Assembly: GCA_013115125.1 (NCBI GenBank)
Contig: JABANN010000002.1
Location: 186,001-231,521 of the forward strand
Length of the DNA: 45,521 bases
Reading direction: 5' to 3'
Source: Perkinsus olseni
Taxonomy: Eukaryota
Of this stretch, positions 20,872 to 32,793 are shown piece after piece. The translations under genes and the position numbers were made by a program. Positions within the stretch are counted from its first letter, which is position 1. Each line of letters opens with the position of its first letter. Under the pieces are notes generated by a model. That model searched no databases. It had not been told where the DNA came from and saw only the letters and a program-made list of their open reading frames with translations.

Positions 20872-23170
20872 TCACGAAATCATCACACCATGGGAGGGCT
20901 TGAACATGCGTTCAGCCCACTGCCTGGTCTTGGTCAGATAGAACTCAGGATCAGTGCCGTAGCTCAGGTACTCCCGGGACGTCCACTTCAGCGAGGCTAC
21001 ACTTGATTTGCCATCCACAGCGGGCTCGATATTAGTGCCCTCATGCCACTCGTTAAAGGACGTTATGGAGACCTGAGGATCAGGGACACCCGGACTCTCA
21101 CGAGGATACAATTGCGAAAGTCTGACCATTTTGGGTTGCAGTTTGGCAGCCTCGGTGAACATGTCATCGAAGTACCCTCCGCCGCGGCGATCACGGGTGT
21201 TGGCGTAGTTCCAGGGTCGTACTTCCACATCAATGTAGCCTGGTCCCACCTGAAACATCATGCGTTTGAGCGGGGCACTGTTGGTGTGACGGCGAGGCAG
21301 ACGAGGGTTCGGGTTCCGACGGATCAGCGGTATCGGGGAGGAACAATTCGTTCTCAGAAGAGCAAACAAGCCGAAGGAAAATCATCAAACGAGCGACTGG
21401 GTGGCGGCCACCTGGCGAGTCACCGGTGGTGACCCTAACATCGCGGTTATCGAGGATTGCTCGACGAGCAACCGGCAACAGTAGTCCACGTGGTTTCTGA
21501 GCACCAGTTTTCCAGACGAGAAGCGAGTCACGCAATCAAAAGGCCATCACGCACTCACACTTGGTATGAAGTAGATGCCCTCCTCTTGAGCCACTCTGTT
21601 CATGTGGGGCCAATTGGAGAGAGTACTGCCGTACACGAAGCCTGTGGCCGCGAAGTACGTATAGAAACCGTCTGGAAGGACAGTGAGGCTGATCGGTCGT
21701 CTCAGGAAACACGGCCGACATCCCAAAGGGGCCGGGAGAGACTGGGGCGCACGCTGCAGCCAAAGCGAAGCGTGACGGCACTGCGATTGACGCAATCCAC
21801 TTAACAGTTTCACCATCACTGGCGCCTCCCCATGCTCACCGAATCCCGACTTCGCGTATGCAGCGTGTGTCGCTTCAACCCACAAGAAGATTGCCGTGCA
21901 GTCCAAACCATCTTTACCGCGGACTGAGATATCTCCCCCTGGACTCAACAGCCTCGCCCACTCCTCAGGCGAGTTGTGATAGCTGTCATATATGTATCTA
22001 CCCACGTTCTTACGGGCGAGAATGGGATATCCTCAACGCTAGGTGTTCTGCTCTGACGCGGCGTGCTGTGTAGGTGACTCACACCAGAGGTAGGAGTGCT
22101 CCACCATGTGTACTAGCAACCCGGTGGAGAGCCGGGTGACTTCCGTAATGCTGATGAATGTACTCGAAGTCTTTACGCACCGACACGGGGTCACGACCTG
22201 CAGCCCGAGCGTTGTGCGTGGCTGCAGTTAACGCATACCTTCGTACGGCTCGAGATGTATGGCGATTCTCATGCCGTGATCCCAGGCTGCATCTAGCAGC
22301 AAACTCCCTATAAGATCAACGGTCTCGTTTCGGCCTTCTAGAGCGGGGTCATGAAGGCCGGGAGGATACCTTGTGAATCACAAGCTGTGATGATTCGGTC
22401 GTTCGATTGGCTAATGACGCCCGTACCAGCTCACAACAACTACACCCATGCCCGCTCTTTTCATCATTTCCATGTGAATGGCGATGACTTGGGGGTCCAG
22501 CGAGGAGTAGGGCCCAAGCTGCGGCCAATAGGACGAACCAATATCGTCATTCTCGGGAACGTGCTCGTCTTCAGAATATCTAAATTATTAAGACTTAATC
22601 GCCACATGATGGGAGGGGCCGAAAGCGCGCGGTGAGTTTTTTTCAAAGACAATCTTCATTCTTGAAGGAACCACAGTATTCTGAATGGAGCGGCTCGTGG
22701 ACTCATTCCCGCATCCGATTGCCAATCGGCGATTGGTACTTCTTCGCAATCTGCGGGTCCCAATGCGGCAGCCGTCGATGGTTCCAGTGGGCCCAGGCCC
22801 CATCCCTACCCTTGCTGCGGTACCACACGTAGTAGAACCCATGGACGTTGCAGCGCCACCCACAGGAGCTGTCAGTCTCGGCCGACTGGCCGGTAGTTGC
22901 CGATGTTTCAATCCTATGCTGCTCAGTGGTCATCGTGAGGAGTGTTGTCTCGTTGCTAGGTGACGTGGAACTGATGGCGCCGCCACCTGCGTAGACGCTG
23001 TCTAAGCTCCGTATTGAGCCGGGCGTCAGGATTCCCCTCAGATTGCGCTCGTGTTGTTCGCTGGGTGGGGTCGAGGCGTTGAACACTAGGACTAGGACCA
23101 CCATTGCATATGCGAGCGAGACGGCACCGATGAGTAAAGGGAGAATGGATAGACATTTGGCGAGCCGCAT
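20872..23170 (-). CDS. Glycoprotein endo-alpha-1,2-mannosidase, GH99 (MANEA-like), copy 1, multi-exon type II membrane protein
   Basis: N-terminal TM; VHGFYYVWY, WAHWNH, DIGSSYWPQLGPYSS, HLEPYEGR, YIYDSY, DGFYTYFA, VGPGY, ITSFNEWHEGTNIEP. Confidence 0.93.
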
Positions 23171-23413
23171 GGTGAGCTGCAGGGTAGCATTTCGCTAAGG
23201 GGTGTAGCGCGGCACGCAGTGAGCAGATCGAAGTAACTCTCCCAAAGATGAGTGAACTTGAAAAAACACGATTCTTCCTAACGATACGTAACGAGGCAGT
23301 ATCATGTTACACGGTGTAGTGAGAAATCTGACGGCTAGCAATACTTAGTGCGGAAGGACTTCCGAGAATCCTATCCGGTAACCCGGACAGGGACCAAATA
23401 TGATGACGATGAA

Positions 23414-24234
23414 TCAAGCGAAAATAGGATCGAGACCAACAACACAACGATCTCTCGTGATGAACCATAAACCGCCGTCGTTGCGGACAAAAAAGCGGCA
23501 GAAATCCACTCGCGGAAGGGGCACGCGAGAACGAACGATCATCTCGGTCACCTCGACTAGCACCTCTCCTCTACGCGAAATGGCGGAAAGTCTTTCTCTC
23601 CCCCTTCGTACACACACAGGCCCCCTGCTGGGTGATCGCCACAGTCTACTGAGTCGCTCGTTGACCCATCGGGGCCAATACGGATAACAGAAGCGCCGCC
23701 ATACGATAGGCCATAGAAACAGCCGTCCAGAGAAGAGAATACGGGCTTGGAGAAACAGTCTATGAATGTCCGCTGAGGCATCCATGAGGGGAGCAGATGC
23801 TTCGAAGTAGGATCAACGCCGGGGTGCCACTCGCCCAATTGCCAATTCACAAATTTGCATGACCGTCCAGTGTTTTGTTCGATGGCGATGAGATTTCCTT
23901 GTTCCGAGTCAACAGCCAGGCAGAGCAGAAAGCCAACATCAAGTGTGCAGTGCTCCACGGTAGCGCTACGTAACCGAAGTTCGAGGACAACACATTCGCA
24001 GAGACTCGAGTATCGCAATACGAGGAGTCTGGAGCCATCCGGTACCCGGCAACAGGGAGACGTTTGAATGTCGATGGCTAGAGTTTCGGGAGGGCCGAAC
24101 CTTGTCAAGAGAAGCTTCAGCAGATCCCAGATATCGGACATGCAGTCGGCTGGTAGGAGCATTCCATATCGCGTCGCGAGTGTTTCGATAACGAGCAGGG
24201 ACCGCAAGCGCTCGCTGGGGAATACGAGGGACAT
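23414..24234 (-). pseudogene. Broken copy of the F-box-like gene at 31209-32195
   Basis: Near-identical to its paralogue but with two internal deletions (near 23545 and 23590) that shift the frame; the ORF ends prematurely at 23557. Confidence 0.85.
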
Positions 24235-24689
24235 CTTGGCATTCAATTGCTGAGGAGTGGGAGAGGATCGTTATGAATCAGAACTCATGAGCGACGAGAC
24301 CGCGCCTAACAAAAAGACCAACGGAGCAAACATCCTCAAGGTGCTGAGTGGTAGTTCACTTAGCCTCACTGCTTAATGGCCTGATCGGCCTGAGAGTCAC
24401 AGACTGAGACTGTGAGAGAGAGTGAGTAGTCGGGTGAACCAGCGGGTGTCGCCCGCCTGTCCCAACAAACATAAGCAGCAGCAGCCGCCGCCGCAGAGAG
24501 GGTATGAATCCTGGGAAAGTTCGACCTGCTGGCAATCCACCGTACTCCTCGGCTGAAGTGTTATTGAAAGCACAACCACACGCTAAAAACATCAAGAGTG
24601 GTACATCAAAATCGAGGAATCATGCATACGTGAGTGTAGTCCTTTTCCGAAGTGGATTGCAGGCAGGAATCACAAGCCAGAACCTATTA

Positions 24690-27290
24690 TTAAGTTTCGA
24701 CGAGTTTCAGCTTGATTGTTGATGTAGTTTTCCTCCCAGAAACGTCATCTCTGCTAGTATCGAACACCAGCGACCATCCTCCGCCTGACTCACGACAAAT
24801 TCGGAACGGACTCGGAGATATGTGAGCAAGTCCTAGAATGTCTCCTAAGATTACCAAATCCAGTGCATGTTCTTCACTTGAAAAGTCAAGTTGCAGGCAG
24901 GTCTCCAGGCAGACCGCTGTGACCTCAGGGAGCGTCATTGGGCATTCAAATCCACGTGTGTCGAAGATGAGCTGAGCTCGACGGTTATGTGTCGGGTAAT
25001 CAGTTCTGATGTTAACCGTAACCTTGTTGACCTGGTCGAGCCCAGTACCGGTGGCCAGGTAAGTTCCATCAGGTATACTCGTCCACTCTTCAGTCGACAC
25101 CACAGCGGGTGCAAGCGAAGAGGAGGCCTCAGCCGAATCAAATAGGGCTTCGACCCACTTGTCGTCCGAACTAGCCTTGGTCTCAGGCCACAGGCTGTCA
25201 AACTCCATTGGCGATAGGAGATCGTCCGCTCCTTTAGTGGTACTTCCCCTGTTTATCTCACGATGATGTTCAGCAGTATTACCCTCGGATTGGATGGACC
25301 CTGCCGAATCTGAGAGCGTCTCAAGCCACTTCTCGTCCAAGAGAGCCTCCGGATCAAGCCAGAGATCGTCGAAGTCGATCGGCAACAGGAGATCGTTCTC
25401 ACTTGGAGTAGAACTTTCTCTGTCCGTCGTATAATTTTGATCGTCGGCACCTCTCCGGGCGGACTCTGGAAATTTTACTGAGGCCTCGGCTGATTGGCCA
25501 GTAGAACCAGAAGTCCGGACATTGAAATTCCGAACGTCAAAGGATGAGGTGGGCCAGTCGGCACTCACATGCTCGCCAGAAGTTAATTTACCTTTTCTGT
25601 GGAACTTCGAAGATCCTTCACCACTCAACAACCGCAGAGATGTCCGATTAGCAACTCTGTCCGAAGGGACGCCGTACTCGCCTTCCCACTCCTCAATCGC
25701 TGCTTTGCGAGGGAAGGCTACACCCGGCTGTGAGTGATCGCCCATCCCGGAGGTCGAACCTCCTTCACCAGTTTCATCTTCACCCCTTCTCGAGTAATCA
25801 CTTTCCGGTAGTGCCAGCCCAGGAACAGGCGACTTATACGACGACTTGGCCGAACCATTGGAGGCATCCGAGCCTTCATCTCTCTTCGCGAGCTTCAGTG
25901 GTCCTCCTCCAGCCTGGAGAGCAGAGGAGCGTTTCCTGGATATCTCCTGCACGTCATCGGCCATGCCCCCACGAGAGCATTCCGATAGGGCTATTCGAAA
26001 GCCGTAAGTAGTAGATTCCCTGTGCCTGTCACGGTTGGTGTTGAGCTGTTTCCCGATGCCAACGATCATTCCGATCTCGGTTTGGCAGAAGACCAGTTGG
26101 GAAGCTACTCGTAACGGCTTTACCAAGCCTAGGCGTCTGTAGAGACCGAGAATGAAATCATTCGCTGTTCCTTTGGGCTCCACGTGGAAGCAATCTGGGA
26201 CCTGTCCTACTCGCAGCGAACCGAATTGCCTCAACAACCTCACATTGCTATCGCTGTATCGCACCAAAACAGCTTCCTTTGGACCATCAATCAAATACCG
26301 AACGGTGGATGACTCGATAGAGAGGACCTCCGCGTAGAAGCTCGCCAGTTGTTTCCCTTCACCATCAGTAACCACCATTCTAAAGTCAGTGAGGCGTGGA
26401 AGCTCCGGACAAATTGTACCATTCTGTTCGACCGCCTTGTACGTCCCCCCAGGGAGACTGTCAGACGTGACAAAATTCATGACCGTACTTCGCCTCTTCT
26501 CGTTGGATCTTAAACTACTTTCCGGTATTGGCAGCTCTGGCGCGGAAGACTTAGGCCAGCCATCGAGGGAACCCGACCTCACCCCGTCCGAAACCTCCTC
26601 ACCTATCTGCGCGAGTGTGAGCGCCCTTCCTGCAGACAGGAACTGGGGCCCCCTTATCGATTTCACCGGGTCGCTATCAGCCCAGCCATCGGATGACGAG
26701 CCGCCGGTTGAGTTGTTTAGTTTAGCTACTCGGAAGCCATACAGAGTGGAGTTCCAGGCGCCCCAGTAGGTGACCTTCCTCCCCATACCAACGATTATTC
26801 CGATCTCGGTTTGGCAAAAGATTAGTTGTGCAGTTAATGGTGGCGACATTGCTAACCCAAGGCGGACGTCTAAATCTAAGAGAAAATCACCTGCTGCGGC
26901 CTTGGGCTCCACATGGAAGCAATTGGGAGACTGACTTATGCGCAGTGAACCGAATTGTCTCAGGGATCTCGCATAACGGTAACCGTACCACACCAACGCT
27001 GCTCTTGTCGGATATCTAATCGGTTCCCGGTGAGCAGGTTGCCCCGTAGAAAGAACCTCGGCATTGAAGCTCGCCAGTAATTGCCCCTCTCCACCATCAG
27101 TAATCACCATCTCGAAGCTGACCAGACGTGAAAGCTCCGGACAGATTGTACCATTCTGTTCAACCGCCTTATACGTCCCTGCAGGAAGACTGTTGGAAGT
27201 GACGAACTTTAAGGTGGGCTCCTTCTTCCTCCCGCCGCTTCCAATCACACGTCGTGAGAAGAACAAATGCACTAGGAGAAAAAGTCTCAT
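24690..27290 (-). CDS. 866-aa hypothetical, probably secreted, internally duplicated protein, intronless
   Basis: Hydrophobic N-terminus; two copies of a domain starting FVTS(N/D)SLP.GTYKAVEQNGTICPEL; two copies of DLL.P..FD.LW....D.KW.E.L.DSA. Confidence 0.85.
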   Translation of the reverse strand: MRLFLLVHLFFSRRVIGSGGRKKEPTLKFVTSNSLPAGTYKAVEQNGTICPELSRLVSFEMVITDGGEGQLLASFNAEVLSTGQPAHREPIRYPTRAALVWYGYRYARSLRQFGSLRISQSPNCFHVEPKAAAGDFLLDLDVRLGLAMSPPLTAQLIFCQTEIGIIVGMGRKVTYWGAWNSTLYGFRVAKLNNSTGGSSSDGWADSDPVKSIRGPQFLSAGRALTLAQIGEEVSDGVRSGSLDGWPKSSAPELPIPESSLRSNEKRRSTVMNFVTSDSLPGGTYKAVEQNGTICPELPRLTDFRMVVTDGEGKQLASFYAEVLSIESSTVRYLIDGPKEAVLVRYSDSNVRLLRQFGSLRVGQVPDCFHVEPKGTANDFILGLYRRLGLVKPLRVASQLVFCQTEIGMIVGIGKQLNTNRDRHRESTTYGFRIALSECSRGGMADDVQEISRKRSSALQAGGGPLKLAKRDEGSDASNGSAKSSYKSPVPGLALPESDYSRRGEDETGEGGSTSGMGDHSQPGVAFPRKAAIEEWEGEYGVPSDRVANRTSLRLLSGEGSSKFHRKGKLTSGEHVSADWPTSSFDVRNFNVRTSGSTGQSAEASVKFPESARRGADDQNYTTDRESSTPSENDLLLPIDFDDLWLDPEALLDEKWLETLSDSAGSIQSEGNTAEHHREINRGSTTKGADDLLSPMEFDSLWPETKASSDDKWVEALFDSAEASSSLAPAVVSTEEWTSIPDGTYLATGTGLDQVNKVTVNIRTDYPTHNRRAQLIFDTRGFECPMTLPEVTAVCLETCLQLDFSSEEHALDLVILGDILGLAHISPSPFRICRESGGGWSLVFDTSRDDVSGRKTTSTIKLKLVET

Positions 27291-28563
27291 ACAACGTCGA
27301 TTGAAGATGGCAACTAAAACTGTGGAGAGACTAATCCAGTATCATCACGACGCTTGCAGGAACGTCCTCAACGTCCCTGTGAAGAGATCAGCGGACCAAG
27401 GTGTCTTCAATCGGCTCCGGTGGAGACTAGGAGACTCAGAATGAGCGAGTGCTGAAGATACCCCGATGCGTCTCGTCTCGCGGCCGATCTTGAAATCTCG
27501 GAAGAAATGGCGGAAGGGAACCCGGCTGCCGAAAGCTCTCCTGCGTGCGTGTAAGAATATGAACAAAAATAAATACACGGATGAATGGTGAATTGGCACC
27601 GCATACAGATCCCCCACAAATCTTGAATGCTAGTTTGCTCACCAAAGGGCTCATCACTCTACAACGGCTGCGCTCAGAAGTTCTGCTCGGAGTGTCAAAG
27701 AATAAATGCGCTCGAAATTTGGGAATTCCCCAGACTGTCGTTTCCCGAAATTGTTCCTCGAAAATTGTGTGCCTCACAGTGAGGGCCTCACTTTCGCACT
27801 ATCGGATGCTTTGCGATTATCAAAAGATTCTGGGAGAAATCATCAGAGCCACAATCCCCATGACGTGATAACCAAGCTCAACTCCAAAATGAATCTTCAT
27901 TCGACCGATGATACCCTGAAGACGCCAGCATGTGCGCTTCTCACAGTCCAGAGCTCCCCTTCGATGACTTCGTCAAACAGAAACCCGCAGAAATGCCGAT
28001 ATGCTTTCTATGATGGACCCCTGCGAGGCACTTGTCATTTCCTCCTCGACCCCTACTGCCTCTTCCTCGAAGAGTCGGCCAAGTCCTGTCCAGAACAAGT
28101 TGCTACGTATTGGACTCTCCCTCACTCATCTGAGTTCACTTCTTCACACGTACTAGATGTCACGTAGCTGCATCTTGCGAACCCCCTCGTGATTGCCGTC
28201 AGCAATTTGCCGACCATTTGCTGTCTCATGGTGGTGCACAGGACATCGCGACTGAACTTGTTCTCGTCGAGCTCCCAGGTGACAGCCTCTACTGAGTCGG
28301 CAAATTTTTTATTGACATAATATTGAGCATCTGCGACTTGCCGCTGGCTTCGGTCACAGACTGTAATACCGATTGAGGAGGGATCCTAGGTTCGTTTCCT
28401 ACAACTGTCACTGTTTTTGCACAAGTTCTTCGCGGTTTCTGCGCAGCCGTTCGATTGCTCGCTCGGGAACACAAGGTTTATGGCATTCCGCAAGTTTCCC
28501 ATGACTTCCGAATAACGCGGTTGATTTTGCTCCCGCCCTGGATCAAGCTCAACACCAGCTCAG

Positions 28564-30965
28564 TCACGAAATCACCACATCATGGGAGGGCTCGAAAATG
28601 CGCTCGGCCCACTGCCTGGTCTTAGTCAGATAGAACTCAGGATCAGTGCCGTAGCTTAGGTACTCCCGGGACGGCCACTTCAATGAAGCTAGAGTTGACT
28701 TGCCATCCACAGCGGGCTCGATATTAGTGCCCTCGTGCCACTCGTTAAAGGACGTTATGGAGACCTGAGGATGAGCGACGACCCGACTCTCACGAGGATA
28801 AAATTCCGAAAGTCTGACCATTTCCGGTTGCAGTTTGGCAGCCTCGGTGAACATATCATCGAAGTACCCTCCGCCGCGGCGATCACGGGTGTTGGCGTAG
28901 TTCCAGGGTCGTACTTCCACATCAATGTAGCCTGGTCCCACCTGAAACATCACAGATTTGAGCTAGACACTGCTGATGCGATACCGAGGCATACGAGCTC
29001 CAATGGATAAGCAGCATCCGGGAGGAACAATTCGTTCGGAGCAAAGTGAATCATCTAACGAACATTGTGGTACTCCAGCAACTGGCAGCATTAGTTCACA
29101 TGGTCTCTGAGCAGCAGTTACCCAAAAGAGAACAGATTCACGGGGCCCGGCCATGCTGGTCATCGCACACTCACACTTGGTATGAAGTAAATGCCCTCAT
29201 CTCGAGCCACTCTGCTCATGTGCGGCCAGTTGGAGGGAGTACTGCCGTACACGAAGCCAGTGGCCGCAAAGTACGTACAGAAACCGTCTGGAAGGTCAGT
29301 GAAGCTAATCGGTTGTCCCAGGGAACACGGCCGACATCCCAGAGGAGGCGGGAGAGACTGGGGCGCACGCTGCAGCCAACGCGAAGCGTGACGGAACTGC
29401 GATCGACGCAATCTACCTAGTAGTTCACCACCACTGCCGCTTGCCGAGGCTCACCGAATCCCGACTTCGCGTATGCAGCGTGTGTCGCTTCAACCCACAA
29501 GAAGATTGCCGTGCAGTCCAAGCCATCTTTACCGCGTACTGAGATATCTCCCCCTGGACTCAACAGCCGCGCCCACTCCTCGGGTGAGTTGTGATAGCTG
29601 TCATATATGTATCTACCCACGTTACTACGGGCGAGAATTGAAGATCCTCAACGCTATACACTGCCTACATAACACAATCCAGCTGTACTCATACCAACTT
29701 CGCATTTTCAAGTCGAAAATTTCGACCCATTCCCTCATCTTCTCTACTTTCTATCTGCTCTATCTCGTTCACTATGAGCCCAATCTACTTCTGTCGTGTT
29801 ATACAACTACACCTTCTACGACGAGATAGTGCAGCTAGATGTTGTGCTATGGCGTGCCCCGCTATACCAGTGACTCACATCAGAGGTAGGAGTGCTCCAC
29901 CATGTGTACTAGCAACTCGGTGAAGAGCCGGGTGACTTCCGTAATGCTGATGAATGTACTCGAAGTCTTTACGCACCGACACGGGGTCACGACCTGCAGC
30001 CCGAGCGTTGTGGGTGGCTGCAGTTAACGCATACCTTCGTACGGCTCGAGATGTATGGCGATTCTCATGCCGTGATCCCAGGCAGCATCGAGCAGCAAAC
30101 TCCCTATGAGATCAACGGTCTCATTTCGACCGTCCAGGGCGGGGTCATGAAGGCCGGGAGGATACCTCGCCAATCACAAGTTGTGATGATTCGGTCGTGG
30201 ATTGGCCAATAACACCCGTACCAGCTCACAGCAACTACACCTATACCAGCTCTTTTCATCATTTCCATGTGAGTGGCGATGACTTAAGGGTCCAGCGAGG
30301 AGTAGGGCCCAAGCTGCGGCCAATGGGACGAACCGATATCGTCATTCTTGGGAACGTGCCCGTCTTGAGAATATCTAAATTATTAAGACTTAATCGCCAC
30401 ATGATGGGAGGGGCCGAGAGCGCGCGGTAATTTTTTTTCAAAGACAATCTTCATTCTTGAAGGAACCACAGTATTCTGGATGGAGCGGCTCGTGGACTTA
30501 TTCCCTCATCGGATTGCCAATCGGCGATTGGTACTTCTTCGCAATCTGCGGGTCCCAATGCGGCAGCCGTCGATGGTTCCAGTGGGCCCAGGCCCAATCC
30601 CTACCCTTGCTGCGGTACCACACGTAGTAGAACCCATGGACGTTGCAGCGCCACCCACAGGAGCTGTCAGTCTCGGCCGACTGGCCGGTAGTTGCCGATT
30701 TTTCAATCCTATGCTGCTCAGTGGTCATCGTGGGGAGTGTTGTCTCGTCGCTCGGTGACGCGGAACTGATGGCGCCACCACCTGCGTAGATGCTGTCTAG
30801 GCTTCGTATTGAGCCGGGCGTCAGGATTCCCCTGAGATTGCGCTCGTGTTGTTCGCTGGGTGGGGTCGAGGCGTTGAACACTAGGACTAGAACCACCATT
30901 GCATATGCGAGCGAGACGGCACCGATGAGTAAAGGGAGAATGGATAGACATCTGGCAAGCCGCAT
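28564..30965 (-). CDS. GH99 endo-alpha-mannosidase, copy 2
   Basis: Same exons as copy 1 with the EWHE motif intact; carries the substitutions DGFCTYF and RDWAW. Confidence 0.88.
29657..29833. mobile_element. 177-bp insertion in a GH99 copy-2 intron, MITE-like
   Basis: Absent from copy 1; flanked by GCTA/GCTA; imperfect inverted ends TACACTGCCT..AGATAGTGCA. Confidence 0.6.
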
Positions 30966-31208
30966 CGCGAGCTGCAGGGTAGCATTTCGCCAAGGGGTGT
31001 AGCGCGGCACGCAGTGAGCAGATCGAAGTAACTCTCCCAAAGATGAGTGAACTTGAAAAAACACGATTCTTCCTAACGATACGTAACGAGGCAGTATCAT
31101 GTTACACGGTGTAGTGAGAAATCTGACGGCTAGCAATACTTAGTGCGGAAGGACTTCCGAGAATCCTATCCGGTAACCCGGACAGGGACCAAATATGATG
31201 ACGATGAA

Positions 31209-32195
31209 TCAAGCGAAAATAGGATCGAGACCAACAACACAACGATCTCTCGTGATGAACCATAAACCGCCGTCGTTGCGGACAAAAAAGCGACAGAAAT
31301 CCACTCGCGGAAGGGGCACGCGAGAACGAACGATCATCTTCCGGAGGTCAACTATGGACACGGTGAGCGTGTCCGAACCATCATAGTGGCCGACTATGAA
31401 GCACAGAGCCCTCCTGTTGTCGACGTCCACGTCGGCAGGGCAGAGGTCTAACATGGTCACCTCTCCTAACACCTCTCCTCTACGCGAAATGGCGGAAAGC
31501 GCGGTGCCTCTCGCTCCGCCTGTCATTCGCTGCACGACCAAAATTCGAGCTTCTTCCTCTCCTCCTTCATACACACACAGACCCCTTGCTGGGCGGCCGC
31601 CACAGTCTACGAAGGTGCTCGTTGACCCATCGGGGCCAATACGGATAACAGAAGCGCCGCCATACGATAGGCCATAGAAACAGCCGTCCAGAGAAGAGAA
31701 TACGGGCGTGGAGAAACAGTCTATGAATGTCCGCTGAGGCATCCATGAGGGGAGCAGATGCTTCGAAGTAGGATCAACGCCGGGGTGCCACTCGCCCACT
31801 TGCCAATTCACAAATTTGCATGATCGTCCAGTGTTTTGTTCAATGGCAATGAGATTTCCTTGTTCCGAGTCAACAGCCAGGCAGAGCAGAAAGCCAACAT
31901 CAAGTGTGCAGTGCTCCACGGTAGCGCTACGAGGGCGAAGTTCGAGGACGACACATTCGCAGAGACTCGAGTATCGCAGTACGAGGAGTCCAGAGCCATC
32001 CGGTACCCGGCAACAGGGAGACGTTTGAATGTCGATGGCTAGAGTTTTGGGAGAGCCGAAACTTGTCAAGAGAGGCTTCAGCAGATCCCAGATATCGGAC
32101 ATGCAGTCGGCTGGTAGGAGCATTCCATATCGCGTCGCGAGTGCTTCGATAACAAGCAATGAACGCAAGCGCTCGCTGGGGTGCACGAGGGACAT
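31209..32195 (-). CDS. F-box-like N-terminus plus beta-rich protein, intact copy, intronless
   Basis: MLLPADCMSDIWDLLKP F-box-like helix; full-length ORF aligns end to end with 35315-36274. Confidence 0.8.
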   Translation of the reverse strand: MSLVHPSERLRSLLVIEALATRYGMLLPADCMSDIWDLLKPLLTSFGSPKTLAIDIQTSPCCRVPDGSGLLVLRYSSLCECVVLELRPRSATVEHCTLDVGFLLCLAVDSEQGNLIAIEQNTGRSCKFVNWQVGEWHPGVDPTSKHLLPSWMPQRTFIDCFSTPVFSSLDGCFYGLSYGGASVIRIGPDGSTSTFVDCGGRPARGLCVYEGGEEEARILVVQRMTGGARGTALSAISRRGEVLGEVTMLDLCPADVDVDNRRALCFIVGHYDGSDTLTVSIVDLRKMIVRSRVPLPRVDFCRFFVRNDGGLWFITRDRCVVGLDPIFA

Positions 32196-32793
32196 CTTGG
32201 CATTCAATTACTGATAAGGAGCGGGAGAGGGTCGTTGTGAGCGACAAGACTGCGTGGAACAAAAGCCCAACGGAGCAGATATCCTGAATAGGCCGGCCTT
32301 AGCGGAAAGCCGCTTTCCAAAAGCGTGATTCGCTGTAGCGAGGTCAGCTGCTGACAGTCGGCACTCGAACTCAATAACCTTTATCACTGGCAAGTAGTTC
32401 GGTCACTTTGCCTCACTCCATCAGGGTTTTATTCGCCTGAGACGCTGAGACGGTGGTTGGCTGTGAACACTGTTAACAACTGGTGACACCGTTAGCCTGT
32501 TAACTCAACAGGCCTCAGAACCAATGCTGTCCGCGGGGAGGCATTGCCGCCTGACCGCTTGGCGGTTTACCAGCGAGAGAGAGTACGTAGCGAGATTTGA
32601 TTTGTGCCTCAGTGGCTGGCGCGCGCGCTTAAGATCATGCCGTTTCTCCTGTTTGGCCCTGCACCGTCTTATGAAGCCGCCGAGATGTATTAATCTCCTA
32701 CGATCAATATAATTTGCATCAATGACTGCCACGCCCACCGTTGATGGGGGGAACGGGGACTCACGCCAGTGGCAACGCCAGTGTGGCATGGGA

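Larger units (their letters stand above)
28564..32285. repeat. Second unit of a direct segmental duplication of ~20872-24335
   Basis: Colinear GH99 plus F-box-like genes; offset is 7795 bp at the GH99 start codon. Confidence 0.95.

Noticed and set aside
27900-28290. Exon-like fragments on the minus strand
   Set aside because: Could not be assembled into a frame or assigned to a family.
29653-29656. Idea that the insertion duplicates a splice acceptor
   Set aside because: The GH99 frame requires the acceptor before YIYDSY (~29613), so the insertion is internal to the intron.
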